Below are positions 48,877 to 64,000 of a DNA stretch of 64,000 bases, one piece after another; the stretch's first letter is position 1, and the number at the start of each line of letters is the position of its first letter. The notes beneath the pieces were generated by a model. It was not told the origin of the DNA. It ran no database searches and saw nothing but the letters and a program-made list of their open reading frames with translations. Both the position numbers and the translations under genes were made by a program. This DNA comes from Chrysomallon squamiferum (Eukaryota > Animalia > Mollusca), in assembly GCA_012295275.1 (NCBI GenBank), contig CM022666.1, forward strand, positions 15,872,001-15,936,000, written 5' to 3'.

Positions 48877-48925
<49 letters not shown>

Positions 48926-49037
48926 TTAAGAAATTAAAAAACAAAATAAATAAATAAACAGACAGTTAAAAATTTATTTCAAGATTTAATAAGAATTTAA
49001 ACTAATCATAGGAATCGAACTGTATATTAACTGTAAA

Positions 49038-49097
<60 letters not shown>

Positions 49098-49950
49098 GTA
49101 ACAATAACAATAAAAATTAAAGGCAAGTACAATAAATTTAATTCGTCTAAATCATAATGAATACACTTTCAGTATTAACATCTGTTTTGAGGTTCAGCAG
49201 TTCCGAAATTCAGTTGTGTTCTGTAATTTGCCCGCTTCTCACAAATAATTATACGTTTATCTAACAACTACATCTTATCCTCTGTTCTCCTGATAAAAAT
49301 AATAACAATAATAATATATATTAAAATCTACTTAATATTGTTCATCTACTGGTTCATTATTATATATTATATTTATATGTATTCAAATGGAAACTAAATA
49401 TTAAATATATAATTTGAAAGAAGTGAGTGTCTAACCAACAAACTACATCTACTATATAATAATTTTATCTCGAGATAAAAACAAAATATAAATGTAATAA
49501 ACAAAACAATTTTTTTTTTTTTTTTTTATCAAATATTTATATACGATAAAATAAAGCGTTAATATATTGTTATTTATGACAAAACAAAACAATACATTAT
49601 TAAATAATTCAAGCAATTTGTATACTCTTTATAAGAGATGGTTATTATATTCTTTTATAGATAATATTTTAAAAACACTAAAACATCATCATCAAAAGGA
49701 GAAATAAAAAAATTAGAAGAAAGATTTATCCGGACAGATTCATAATTTTTCGGACATATTCGGAAATACTCTCGGTAGAGATCGTAAATTGAAATCAAAA
49801 TACGACGTGTTCAGAATTGTTTGTTGGAGGTCGAGATTTTTCTGGGATAAAAATTGAAAATGATGGTATAAATATATATATATATATATATATGTTTTAC
49901 CTCTGGATTTAAAATCTTCCTAAGAAAAAAATAAATTTATTAAACTGCTG

Positions 49951-49988
<38 letters not shown>

Positions 49989-50422
49989 TTGAAGAGTACA
50001 TTTCTTGCATTTTTGTCGTGAACTTTGAAACGTCTTTCTAGCACTACTTTTATATCTCGGTCGGTGTGGACGTTAAATGAAACTAGGAGGATGGGTGGGA
50101 GTGGGTGAGTGGGGTGGGTGAGTGGGGTGTATGAACTACACATCATTAGTATACATGTAAGTATGTATGTGTTTGTGTGTGTATATACATTGGTATGTAT
50201 GTATGTATGTATGTATACAACTGTTGGTCATGCAATATAATGAAATATCACATAGTTAACACTACAGCACTAAAATTAACACCAAGAGAATATAGCACCT
50301 CCATATAAACTGTACATTTTATACATATATAATATATTATATATATATATATAAACCTTGTGACCGAATAAAAAAACAACAACATGCTATACTCTATATA
50401 AATTAGTAAACAAATGGTTATT

Positions 50423-50482
<60 letters not shown>

Positions 50483-50734
50483 GTAATGGTAATAGTAAAA
50501 AGGATAATAACATTAATTATCTATTTTGTTTTCTCTTAATATTTTTTCTTTCAAAAACAGCTTACTTTGTCATCTTCGTAGTCACGTCAGTTTAAAATAA
50601 TAAAAACTATTTCAGTTTACTTAAAGAAAGGAAAAACCCAGAAAGCTATTTTTATTACAGTCTGTTAGCGAATTACTGTTGGGCATCAATTACACACGTT
50701 CGTTATTTTAAAAGTGATTCTGTAACCAGTGATC

Positions 50735-51264
50735 AGGAAACTAGTATTCGTTAATTAGATCTATTGTAAATAGTTTTTTTTTTTTATAAAAACAGTATAG
50801 GAACTCAGTTATTTAGGGTAGTTATTGATATTATTGTAAATAGGTTTTATCAAAATAATATTGGAACTTGCTGTTTCTGGATAGCTGTTGTAAACTGTTT
50901 TCACAAGAATATAAATCTTTTCTTATTTTTATTTTTATTTTTTTATTTTTGTTTGCATTTCTTTAGTGAGACTATAATAGACACTTGGGGTTTATGATAA
51001 TTATTGTAAAGAGATGTTACGATAGTAGTACCGAAACTGGCAGTTTTAATACAGCTATGAAACTGGAAAAGACAGCAGGGTTTTAAGATAAGTATTGTGG
51101 ACAGCTTTCAGGAAGCTAGTACAGGAACTCGTAGTTTTAGTAGAGCTATGAAACAGGGTGTTAAGATAAGTGTTGTTGTCAGGAAGCTAGTACAGGAACT
51201 CGTAGTTTTAGTACAGCTATAAAACAGGGTTTTAAGATAAGTATTGTGAACAGTTTTCAGAAAG

Positions 51265-51285
<21 letters not shown>
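50735..51285. repeat. ~70-80-bp degenerate tandem repeat that includes the filamin stop-codon region
   Basis: aagctagtacaggaactcgt with cta at 51116, 51187 and 51265; more decayed copies toward 50740. Confidence 0.85.

Positions 51286-64000
<12,715 letters not shown>

Overview
AT-rich, extremely microsatellite-dense eukaryotic (animal) genomic DNA; the style suggests a mollusc/gastropod, but this is inference only. I traced two spliced protein-coding genes by hand, both on the minus strand. (1) A complete 16-exon anosmin-1/KAL-1 homolog (ATG 31894, stop 578; about 718 aa) with signal peptide, Cys-rich domain, WAP domain, 4 FNIII repeats and a probable C-terminal GPI signal. (2) The 3' part (12-13 exons, six Ig-filamin repeats) of a jitterbug-type filamin that enters from beyond 64000 and stops at 51265. 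Three reading-frame breaks are present: two look like 1-nt homopolymer deletions in anosmin, and one in filamin can be resolved by a GC-rich 148-nt intron. The most distinctive structural signal is a recurring class of tandem repeats that copy exon boundaries: a 9x acceptor array, a ~10x donor array, a duplicated exon end and a repeated stop-codon region. Other notable signals are a circularly permuted inverted repeat upstream of the anosmin promoter and hints of an antisense plus-strand transcript. Nearly all long ORFs in the supplied track are microsatellite artefacts.
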